Source: Eledone cirrhosa
Taxonomy: Eukaryota
Direction: 5' to 3'
DNA: 64,000 nt
Assembly (NCBI GenBank): GCA_964016885.1
Contig: OZ024757.1
Coordinates: 42,966,001-43,030,000, forward strand
Shown here: positions 53,601 to 64,000 of the stretch, piece by piece
How the letters are laid out: the number at the start of each line of letters is the position of its first letter
Numbering within the stretch: the first letter of the stretch is position 1
Notes under the pieces: generated by a model
Told to the model about the DNA's origin: nothing
Databases searched by the model: none
Seen by the model: only the letters and a program-made list of their open reading frames with translations
Position numbers and translations under genes: made by a program

Positions 53601-53810
53601 GTGCATGCGCAGTACGGTACTGGGACCTTGATGCATGCGCAGTACAGTCAGGCGGCCTTGGCGCATGCGCATTACGGACCGGCGGCCTTGGCGCATGCGC
53701 AGTACGGTCCGGCGGCCTTAGCGCATGCGCAGTTCGGTACTGCGACCTTGACGCATGCGCAGTACAGTCAGGTGGCCTTGGCGCATGCGCAGTACGGTCC
53801 GGCGGCCTTG

Positions 53811-53865
53811 AAAATGGTTAAACTGCATCATAAATTACTAAAATAACTCAAAATGGCTAAATATG
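53811..53865 (-). repeat. Mini AT spacer (55 bp)
   Basis: Identical to 42117-42171. Confidence 0.92.
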
Positions 53866-56800
53866 GACTGTACTGCGCATGCGCCAAGGCCACCAGGACG
53901 TAGTGCGCATGCGCCAAGGCCATCGGACCGTAGTGCGCATGCGCCAAGTCTGCCAGACCGTAGTGCGCATGCGCCAAAGCCACCGGACCGTACTGCGCAT
54001 GTGCCAAGGCCACCGGAACGTAGTGCGCATGCGGCAAGGTCGCCGGACCGTAGTGCGCATGCGCCAAGACCGCCGGACCGTAGTGCGCGTGCGCCAAGGC
54101 CGCCAGACCGTAGTGCGCATGCGCCAAGGTCGCCGGGCCGTACTGCGCATGCGCCAAGGCCGCCGGGCTGTAGTGCGCATGCCCCAATGCTGCTAGACCG
54201 TAGTGCGCATGCACCAAAGCCACCGGACCGTAGTGCGCATGCGCCAAGGCTGCCGGACCGTAGTGCGCATGCACCAAGGCCGCCGGACCGTTGTGCGCAT
54301 GCGCAAAGAACGATGGCCATCTTAGTGAGCATGCGCCAAAGCCGCCGGAACGTACTGCGCATGCGCTAAGGCCGCCCGACCTTACTGCGCATGCGCCAAG
54401 GCCACTGGACAGTACTGCGCATGCGTCAAGGCCACCAGAACGTAGTGCGCATGCGCCAAGGCCGCCGTACCGTTGTGCGCATGCGCAAAGACAGCTGGCC
54501 CTTAGTGCGCATGCGCCATGGCCGCCGGACCGTAGTGCGCATGCGCCAAGGCTGCCAGACCGTAGTGCGCATGCGCCAAAGCCGCCGGACCGTACTGCGC
54601 ATGTGCCAAGGCCACCGGAACGTAGTGCGCATGCGGGAAGGTCGCCGGACCGTAGTGCGCATGCTCCAAGGCCGCCGAACCGCATGCGCACAAAGGTCCG
54701 GCGGCCTTGGCGCATGCGCAGTACGGTTCGGCGGCCTTGGCGCATGCGCACTACGGTCTGGCGGCCTTGGCACATGCGCACTACGGTCCGACGGCCTTGG
54801 GGCATGCGCAGTAAGATCCGGCGGTCTTGGAGCATGCGCACTACGGTCTGGCAGCCTTGGCGCATGCGCACTACGGTCCGGCGGCCTTGGCGCATGCGCA
54901 CTACGTTCCGGCGGCCTTGGCGCATGCGCACTACGTTCCGGTGGCCTTTGCGCATGCGCAGTACGGTCCAGCGGCCTTGGCGCATGCGCACAACGGTACG
55001 GCGGCCTTGGCGCATGCGCACTACGTTCCGGTGGCCGTGACGCATGCGCAGTACTGTCCAGTGGCCTTGGGGCATGCGCACTACAGTCCAGTGGCCTTGG
55101 CGCATGCGCAGTAAGGTCCGGCGGCCATGGCGCATGCGCACTAAGGGCCAGCTGTCTTTGCGCATGCGCACAACGGTACGGCGGCCTTGGCGCATGCGCA
55201 CTACGTTCTGGTGGCCTTGACGCATGCGCAGTACTGTCCAGTGGCCTTGGCGCATGCGCAGTAAGGTCGGGCGGCCTTAGCGCATGCGCAGTACGGTCTG
55301 GCGGCCTTGGCACATGCGCACTACGGTCCGACGGCTTTGGGGCATGCGCAGTACGATCCGGCGGTCTTGGTGCATGCGCAGTACCGTCCGGTGGCCTTGG
55401 CGCATGCGCACTACGGTGCAGCTGCTTTGGGGCATGCGCAGTACGGTTCGGCGGCCTTAGCGCATGCGCACTACGGTCCGGCGGGCTTGGCACATGCGCA
55501 GTATGGTCCGGCGACCTTGACGCAGGCGCACTACGGTTCGGCGGCTCTGGCGCATGCGCACTGCGGTCCGGCGGTCTTGGCGCATACGCAGTACGGTCCG
55601 GCGGCCTTAGCGCATGCGCAGTTCGGTACTGGGACCTTGACGCATGCGCAGTACAGTCAGGCGGCCTTGGCGCATGCGCACTACGGTCCGGCGGCCTTGG
55701 CGCATGCGCAGTATGGGCCGACGGCCTTGGCGCATGTGCACTATGTATCGGCGGCCTTGGCGCATGCGCACTACGGTTCGGCGGCTTTGGCGCATGCGCA
55801 CTACGATCCGGCGGCCTTGGCGCATGCGCACTACGGTCCGGCAGCCTTGGCGCATGCGCACTACGGTCATGTGGCCTTGGCGCATGCGCACTGCGGCCTT
55901 GTCGCATGCGCACTACGGTCCGGTGGCTTTGGCGCATGCGCACTACGGTCCGGCGTCCTTGGCGCATGTGCAGTACGGTCCGGTGGCCTTGGCGCATGCG
56001 CACTACGGTCCAGCTGCTTTGGCGCATGCGCAGTACGGTTCAGCGGCCTTAGCGCATGCGCACTACGGTCCGGCGGGCTTGGCGCATGCGCAGTATGGTC
56101 CGGCGACCTTGACGCATGCGCACTACGGTTCGGCGGCTCTGGCGCATGCGCACTGCGGTCCGGCGGCCTTGGCGCATGCGCACTACGTTCCGGTGGCCTT
56201 GGCGCATGCGCAGTACGCTCCAGTGGCCTTGGCGCATGCGCAGTAAGGTCCGGCGGCTTTGGCGCATGCGCACTATGGTCTGTCAGTTTTGGCGCATGCG
56301 CACTACGGTCCGGCTGCCTTCGTGGATGCGCACTACGTTCCGGCGGCCTTGCCGCATGCGCACTACGGTCCGGTGGCTTTGGCGCATGCGCACTACGGTC
56401 TGGCAGACTTGGCGCATGCGCACTACGGTCCGATGGCCTTGGCGCATGCGCACTACGTCCTGGTGGCCTTGGCGTATGCGCAGTACAGTCCAGTGGCCTT
56501 GGCGCATGCGCAGTGAGGTCCGGCGGCCTTAGCGCATGCGCAGTAAGGTCCGGCGGCCATGGCGTATGCGCACTAAGGGTCAGCGGTCTTTGCGCATGCG
56601 CACAACGGTCCGGCGGCCTTGGCGCATGCACACTACGGCCCGGCGGCCTTGGCGCCTGCGCACTACGGTCCGGCGGCTTTGGTGCATGCGCACTACGGTC
56701 TGGCAGCATTGGCGCATGCGCACTACGGTCTGGCAGACTTGGCGCATGCGCACTACGGTGCGATGGCCTTGGCGCGTGCGCACTACGTTCTGGTGGCCTT

Positions 56801-57317
56801 GGCGCATGCACAGTACGGTCCAGTGGAACGTAGTGCGCATGCGCCAAGGCCGCCGGAACGTAGTGCGCATGCGGGAAGGTCGCCGGACAGTAGTGCGCAT
56901 GCGCCAAGGCCACCGAACCGCATGCGCACAAAGATCCGGCGGCCTTGGCGCATGCGCAGTACGGTTCGGCGGCCTTGGCGCATGCGCAGTTCGGTACTGC
57001 GACATTGACGCATGCGCAGTACAGTCAGGTGGCCTTGGCGCATGCGCAGTACGGTCCGGAGGCCTTAGCGCATGCGCAGTTCGGTACTGCGACCTTGACG
57101 CATGCGCAGTAAGTCAGGCGGCCTTGGTGCATGCGCACAACTGTCCGGCGCCCTTGGCGCATGCGCAGTATGGTCCGACGGCCTTGGCGCATGTGCACTA
57201 TGTATCGGCGGCCTTGGCGCATGCGCACTACGGTTAGGCGGCTTTGGCGCATGCGCACTACGATCAGGCCGTATCGACGCGTGCGCAGTACGGTCTGGCG
57301 GTCTTGGCGCATGGGCA

Positions 57318-57584
57318 CGTCATCAAAAAGGACTAACATGGCCGAAATGTCATCATGTATGTCTGAAATTACAACAAAGTGGCTAAGACGGCATAATAAA
57401 TGACTAAAGTGACAATAAAATGCTAAAACCGTATCATAATTGACTAGAATGACTCTAACACGACTGAAACGTCTAAAATGACTATAAATGGCTCTAAAAT
57501 GGTTAAACTGCATCATAAATTACTAAAATAACTCAAAATGGCTAAATATGGCAACACAAAGGCTTAAAATGGCTAAAAAGTCAT
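57318..57584 (-). repeat. AT-rich spacer, type C (267 bp)
   Basis: Near-identical to 50419-50685. Confidence 0.92.
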
Positions 57585-60045
57585 CCGGACCGTACTGCAC
57601 ATGCGTCAAGAACGTTGGACCGTAGTGCGCATGCGCCAAGGCCTCCGAACCGTAGTGCGCATGCGCCAACGCCGCCGGACCGTAGTGCGCATGCGCCAAG
57701 GCCGCCGGACCGTAGTGCGCATGCGCCAAAGCCACCGGACCGTACTGCGCATGTGCCAAGGCCACCGGAACGTAGTGCGCATGCGGCAAGGTCGCCGGAC
57801 CGTAGTGCGCATGCGCCAAGACCGCCGGACCGTAGTGCGCGTGCGCCAAGGCCGCCAGACCGTAGTGCGCATGCGCCAAGGTCGCCGGGCCGTACTGCGC
57901 ATGCGCCAAGGCCGCCGGGCTGTAGTGCGCATGCTCCAATGCTGCTAGACCGTAGTGCGCATGCACCAAAGCCGCCGGACCGTAGTGCGCATGCGCCAAG
58001 GCCGCCGGACCGTAGTGCGCATGCACCAAGGCCGCCGGACCGTTGTGCGCATGCGCAAAGAACGATGGCCCTTAGAGCGCATGCGCCAAGGCCGCCGGAA
58101 CGTACTGCGCATGCGCTAAGGCCGCCGGACCTTACTGCGCATGCGTCAAGGCCACCGGAACGTAGTGCGCATGCGCCAAGGCCGCCGTACCATTGTGCGC
58201 ATGCGCAAAGACCACTGGCCCTTAGTGCGCATGCGCCATGGCCGCCGGACCTTACTGCGCATGCGCCAAGGCCGCCGGACCGTAGTGCGCATGCGCCAAT
58301 GCTGCCAGACCGTAGTGCGCATGCACCAAAGCTGCCGGACCGTAGTGCGCATGCGCCAAGGCCGCCGGACCGTTGTGCGCATGCGCCAAGGCCACTGGAC
58401 CGTAGTGCGCACGCGCCAAGGCCATCGGACCGTAGTGCGCATGCGCCAAGTCTGCCAGACCGTAGTGCGCATGCGCTAAAGCCACCGGACCGTACTGCGC
58501 ATGTGCCAAGGCCACCGGAACGTAGTGCGCATGCGGCAAGGTCGCCGGACCGTAGTGCGCATGCGCCAAGACCGCCGGACCGTAGTGCGCATGCGCCAAG
58601 TCTGCCAGACCGTAGTGCGCATGCGCCAAAGCCACCGGACCGTAGTGCGCATGCGGCAAGGCCGCCGGAACGTAGTGCGCATCCACGAAGGCAGCCGGAC
58701 CGTAGTGCGCATGCGCCAAGACTGACAGACCATAGTGCGCATGCGCCAAAGCCGCCGGACCTTACTGCGCATGCGCCAAGGCCACTGGAGCGTACTGCGC
58801 ATGCGCCAAGGCCACCGGAGCGTAGTGCGCACGCGCCAAGGCCGCCGGACCGCAGTGCGCATGCGCCAGAGCCGCCGAACCGTAGTGCGCATGCGTCAAG
58901 GTCGCCGGACCATACTGCGCATGCGCCAAGCCCGCCGGACCGTAGTGCGCATGCGCTAAGGCCGCTGAACCGTACTGCGCATGCGCCAAAGCAGCTGGAC
59001 CGTAGTGCGCATGCGCCAAGGCCACCGGACCGTACTGCACATGCGCCAAGGACGCCGGACCGTAGTGCGCATGCGCCAAAGCCACCGGACCGTAGTGCGC
59101 ATGCGACAAGGCCGCAGTACCGTAGTGCGCATGCGCCAAGGCCACATGACCGTAGTGCGCATGCGCCAAGGCTGCCGGACCGTAGTGCGCATGCGCCAAG
59201 GCCGCCGGACCGTAGTGCGCATGCGCCAAAGCCGCCGAACCGTAGTGCGCATGCGCCAAGGCCGCCGATACATAGTGCACATGCGCCAAGGCCGTCGGAC
59301 CATACTGCGCATGCGCCAAGGCCGCCGGACCGTAGTGCGCATGCGCCAAGGCCGCCTGACTGTACTGCGCATGCGTCAAGGTCCCAGTACCGAACTGCGC
59401 ATGCGCTAAGGCCGCCGGACCGTACTGCGCATGCGCCAAGGCCGCCGGACCGCAGTGCGCATGCGCCAGAGCTGCCGAACCGTAGTGCGCCTGCGTCAAG
59501 GTCGCCGGACCATACTGCGCATGTGCCAAGCCCGCCGGACTGTAGTGCGCATGCGCTAAGGCCGCCGAACCGTACTGCGCATGCGCCAAAGCAGCTGCAC
59601 CGTAGTGCGCATGCGCCAAGGCCACCGGACGGTACTGCGCATGCACCAAGACCGCCGGATCGTACTGCGCATGCCCCAAGGCCGTCGGACCGTAGTGCGC
59701 ACGTGCCAAAGCCGCCAGACCGTAGTGCGCATGCTCCAAGGCCGCCGGATCTTACTGCGCATGCCCCAAGGCCGTCGGACAGTAGTGCTTATGCGCACTA
59801 CGGTCTGGCGGCCTTGGCGCACGCGCACTACGGTCCGGCGGTCTTGGCGCATGCGCACTACGGTCCGGCGACCTTGCCGCATGCGCACTACGTTCCGGTG
59901 GCCTTGGCACATGCGCAGTACGGTTCGGTGGCTTTGGCGCATGCGCACTACGGTCTGGCAGACTTGGCGCATGCGCACTACGGTCCGATGGCCTTGGCGC
60001 ATGCGCACTACGTCCTGGTGGACTTGGCGCATGCGCAGTACAGTC

Positions 60046-60100
60046 CATATTTAGCCATTTTGAGTTATTTTAGTAATTTATGATGCAGTTTAACCATTTT
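60046..60100 (+). repeat. Mini AT spacer (55 bp), opposite orientation
   Basis: Reverse complement of 42117-42171. Confidence 0.92.
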
Positions 60101-61853
60101 CAAGGCCGCCGGACCGTACTGCGCATGCGCCAAGGCCACCTGACTGTACTGCGCATGCGTCAAGGTCGCAGTACCGAACTGCGCATGCGCTAAGGCCGCC
60201 GGACCGTACTGCGCATGCGCCAAGGCCGCCTGACTGTACTGCGCATGCGTCAAGGTCGCAGTACCGAACTACGCATGCGTTAAGGCCGCCGGACCGTACT
60301 GCGCATGTGCCAAGGCCGCCGGACCGTAGTGCGCATGCGCCAAAGCCGCCGAACCGTACTGCGCATGCGCCAAGGCCGCCGGACCGTAGTGCGCATGCGC
60401 CAAGACCGACTGACTGTACTGCGCATGCGTCAAGGTCCCAGTACCGAACTGCGCATGCGCTAAGGCCGCCGGACCGTACTGCGCATGCGCCAAGGCCGCC
60501 GGACCGCAGTGCGCATGCGCCAGAGCCGCCGAACCGTAGTGCGCCTGCGTCAAGGTCGCCGGACCATACTGCGCATGCGCCAAGCCCTCCGGACCGTAGT
60601 GCGCATGCGCTAAGGCCGCCGAACCGTACTGCGCATGCGCCAAAGCAGCTGGACCGTAGTGCGCATGCGCCAAGGCCACGGGACGGTACTGCGCATGATC
60701 CAAGACCGCCGGATCGTACTGCGCATGCCCCAAGGCCGTCGGACAGTAGTGCGCATGTGCCAAGGCCGCCAGACCGTAGTGCGCATGCTCCAAGACCGCC
60801 GGATCTTACTGCGCATGCCCCAAGGCCGTCGGACCGTAGTGCGCATGTGCCAAGGCCGCCAGACCGTAGTGCGCATGCGCCAAGGCCGCCGAACCGTACT
60901 GCGCATGCGCCAAGGCTGTCGGACCTTTGTGCGCATGCGGTTCGGCGGCCTTGGCGCATGCGCAATACGGTCCGGCGACCTTCCCGCATGCGCACTACGT
61001 TCCGGTGGCCTTGGCACATGCGCAGTACGGTCCGGCGGCTTTGGCGCATGCGCACTACGGTCTGGCAGCCTTGGCGCATGCGCACTACGGTCCGGCGGCC
61101 TTGGCGCATGCGCACTACGTTCCGGCGGCCTTGGCGCATGCGCAGTACGGTCAAGCGGCCTTGGCGCATGCGCACAAAGGTACGGCGGCCTTGGCGCATG
61201 CGCACTACGTTCCGGTGGCCTTGACGCATGCGCAGTACTGTCCAGTGGCCGTGGGGCATGCGCACTACAGTCCAGTGGCCTTGGCGCATGCGCAGTAAGG
61301 TCCGGCGGCCTTAGCGCATGCGCAGTAAGGTCCGGCGGCCATGGCGCATGCGCACTAAGGGCCAGCGGTCTTTGCGCATGCGCACAACGGTACGGCGGCC
61401 TTGGCGCATGCGCACTACGTTCCGGTGGCCTTGACGCATGCGCAGTACTGTCCAGTGGCCTTGGCGCATGCGCAGTAAGGTCCGGCGGCCTTAGCGCATG
61501 CGCAGTACGTTCCGGCGGCCTTGGCGCATGCGCACTAAGGGCCATCGTTCTTTGCGCATGCGCACAACGGTCCGGCGGCCTTGGTGCATGCGCACTACGG
61601 TCCGGCAGCCTTGGCGCATGCGCACTACGGTCCGGCGGCTTTGGTGCATGCGCACTACGGTCTAGCAGCATTGGGGCATGCGCACTACAGCCCGGCGGCC
61701 TTGGCGCATGCGCAGTACGGCCCGGCGACCTTGGCGCATGCGCACTACGGTCTGGCGGCCTTGGCGCACGCGCACCACGGTCTGGCGGTCTTGGCGCATG
61801 CGCACCACGGTCCGGTGGCCTTGGCGCATGCGCAGTACGGTCCGGCGGCCTTG

Positions 61854-61908
61854 AAAATGGTTAAACTGCATCATAAATTACTAAAATAACTCAAAATGGC
61901 TAAATATG
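61854..61908 (-). repeat. Mini AT spacer (55 bp)
   Basis: Identical to 42117-42171. Confidence 0.92.
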
Positions 61909-64000
61909 GACTGTACTGCGCATGCGCCAAGTCCACCAGGACGTAGTGCGCATGCGCCAAGGCCATCGGACCGTAGTGCGCATGCGCCAAGTCTGCCAGA
62001 CCGTAGTGCGCATGCGCCAAAGCCACCGAACCGTACTGCGCATGTGCCAAGGCCACCGGAACGTAGTGCGCATGCGGCAAGGTCGCCGGACCGTAGTGCG
62101 CATGCGCCAAGACCGCCGGACCGTAGTGCGCGTGCGCCAAGGCCGCCAGACCGTAGTGCGCATAAGCACTACTGTCCGACGGCCTTGGGGCATGCGCAGT
62201 AAGATCCGGCGGCCTTGGAGCATGCGCACTACGGTCTGGCGGCTTTGGCACGTGCGCACTACGGTCCGACGGCCTTGGGGCATGCGCAGTACGATCCGGC
62301 GGTCTTGGTGCATGCGCAGTACCGTCCGGTGGCCTTGGCGCATGCGCACTACGGTGCAGCTGCTTTGGCGCATGCGCAGTACGGTTCGGCGGCCTTAGCG
62401 CATGCGCACTACAGTCCGGCGGGCTTGGCACATGCGCAGTATGGTCCGGCGACCTTGACGCAGGCGCACTACGGTTCGGCAGCTCTGGCGCATGCGCACT
62501 GCGGTCCGGCGGCCTTGGCGCATGCGCAGTACGGTCCGGCGGCCTTAGCGCATGCGCAGTTCGGTACTGGGACCTTGACGCATGCGCAGTACAGTCAGGC
62601 GGCCTTGGCGCATGCGCACTACGGTCCGGCGGCCTTGGCGCATGCGCAGTATGGTCCGACGGCCTTGGCGCATGTGCACTATGTATCGGCGGCCTTGGCG
62701 CATGCGCACTACGGTTCGGCGGCTTTGGCGCATGCGCACTACGGTCCGGCGGCCTTGGCGCATGCGCACTACGGTCCGGCAGCCTTGGCGCATGCGCACT
62801 ACGGTCATGTGGCCTTGGCGCATGCGCACTACGGTACTGCGGCCTTGTCGCATGCGCACTACGGTCCGGTGGCTTTGGCGCATGCGCACTACGGTCCGGC
62901 GTCCTTGGCGCATGTGCAGTACGGTCCGGTGGCCTTGGCGCATGCGCACTACGGTCCAGCTGCTTTGGCGCATGCGCAGTACGGTTCAGCGGCCTTAGCG
63001 CATGCGCACTACGGTCCGGCGGGCTTGGCGCATGCGCAGTATGGTCCGGCGACCTTGACGCATGCGCACTACGGTTCGGCGGCTCTGGCGCATGCGCACT
63101 GCGGTCCGGCGGCCTTGGCGCGTGCGCACTACGCTCCGGTGGCCTTGGCGCATGCGCAGTACGCTCCAGTGGCCTTGGCGCATGCGCAGTAAGGTCCGGC
63201 GGCTTTGGCGCATGCGCACTATGGTCTGTCAGTCTTGGCGCATGCGCACTACGGTCCGGCTGCCTTCGTGGATGCGCACTACGTTCCGGCGGCCTTGCCG
63301 CATGCGCACTACGGTCCGGTGGCTTTGGCGCATGCGCACTACGGTCTGGCAGACTTGGCGCATGCGCACTACGGTCCGGCGGTCTTGGCGCATGCGCACT
63401 ACGGTCCGGCGACCTTGCCGCATGCGCACTACGTTCCGGTGGCCTTGGCACATGCGCAGTACGGTCCGGTGGCTTTAGCGCATGCGCACTACGGTCTGGC
63501 AGACTTGGCGCATGCGCACTACGGTCCGATGGCCTTGGCGCGTGCGCACTACGGTCCGGTGGCCTTGGCACATGCGCAGTACGGTCCGGTGGCTTTGGCG
63601 CATGCGCACTACGGTCTGGCAGACTTGGCGCATGCGCACTACGGTCCGATGGCCTTGGCGCATGCGCACTACGTCCTGCTGGCCTTGGCGCCTGCACAAT
63701 ACAGTCCAGTGGCCTTGGCGCATGCGCAGTAAGGCCCGGCGGCCTTAGCGCATGCGCAGTAAGGTCCGGCGGCCATGGCGCATGCGCACTAAGGGCCAGC
63801 GGTCTTTGCGCATGCGCACAATGGTACGGCAACCTTGGCGCATGCGCACTACGTTCCGGTGGCCTTGACGCATGCGCAGTACTGTCCAGTGGCCTTGGCG
63901 CATGCGCAGTAAGGTACGGCGGCCTTAGCGCATGCGCAGTACGTTCCGGCGGCCTTGGCGCATGCGCACTAAGGGCCATCGTTCTTTACGCACCGTACTG

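Larger units (their letters stand above)
58397..63557. repeat. Near-perfect inverted duplication, arms 58397-60140 and 61814-63557
   Basis: Mirror coordinates sum to 121954. Opposite strands give identical translations (58762..59739 versus 62215..63192). The mini spacers and the GTGCTTATGCGCAC junction are mirrored. Confidence 0.92.
1..64000. repeat. GC-rich 30-bp satellite array (consensus AGTGCGCATGCGCCAAGGCCGCCGGACCGT) in alternating orientations
   Basis: The 30-bp period is visible throughout. Approximate forward blocks: 1-3310, 4905-9180, 10136-15630, 17168-21441, 22397-27318, 28855-29975, 30925-35842, 38905-40528, 42172-42789, 43918-45809, 47024-47853, 50686-52641, 53866-54680, 56825-56918, 57585-59790, 60101-60939, 61909-62160. 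The intervening GC-rich blocks are the reverse complement (GGCGCATGCGCACTACGGTCCGGCGGCCTT). Confidence 0.99.

Noticed and set aside
103-63979. Hundreds of long ORFs (AHAHYGPAAL, MRQGRRTVVR, GGLGACALRS and AHAPRPPDRS repeats)
   Set aside because: A stop-poor 30-bp unit opens several frames on both strands at once. Frames swap at indels and inversions, and there are no unique domains or signs of codon-position constraint.
1-64000. G-quadruplex array
   Set aside because: The consensus has only GG dinucleotides, and GGG runs are rare variants.

Overview
The window is almost entirely a non-coding, GC-rich (22/30 GC) 30-bp satellite. Its consensus is AGTGCGCATGCGCCAAGGCCGCCGGACCGT, with roughly 1,950-2,000 monomers estimated from length. 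Each monomer is built around the 10-bp palindrome GCGCATGCGC, which matches the NRF1/ewg/P3A2 binding motif. The array changes orientation 34 times, plus two single-monomer flips, and the switches follow a rule. All 17 forward-to-reverse switches are spacer-free and nearly all fall on the palindrome. Of the 17 reverse-to-forward switches, 13 carry an AT-rich spacer made of a separate, degenerate 41-bp minisatellite (about 570-600, 267, 233 or 55 bp). The repeating unit is therefore a foldback-like module: [A-rich 41-mer][30-mer forward arm][30-mer reverse arm][T-rich 41-mer]. Positions 1 to about 35.7 kb hold these modules in a ~12.3-kb higher-order repeat with alternating spacer types. Positions ~35.7-64 kb are scrambled by nested kb-scale inverted duplications and stepwise spacer deletion. 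All ORFs are artefacts of the 30-bp period. No real gene, transposase, RNA gene or CRISPR array is seen. The source is probably eukaryotic (animal) heterochromatin, but the taxon cannot be assigned. Counts and coordinates were read by eye.
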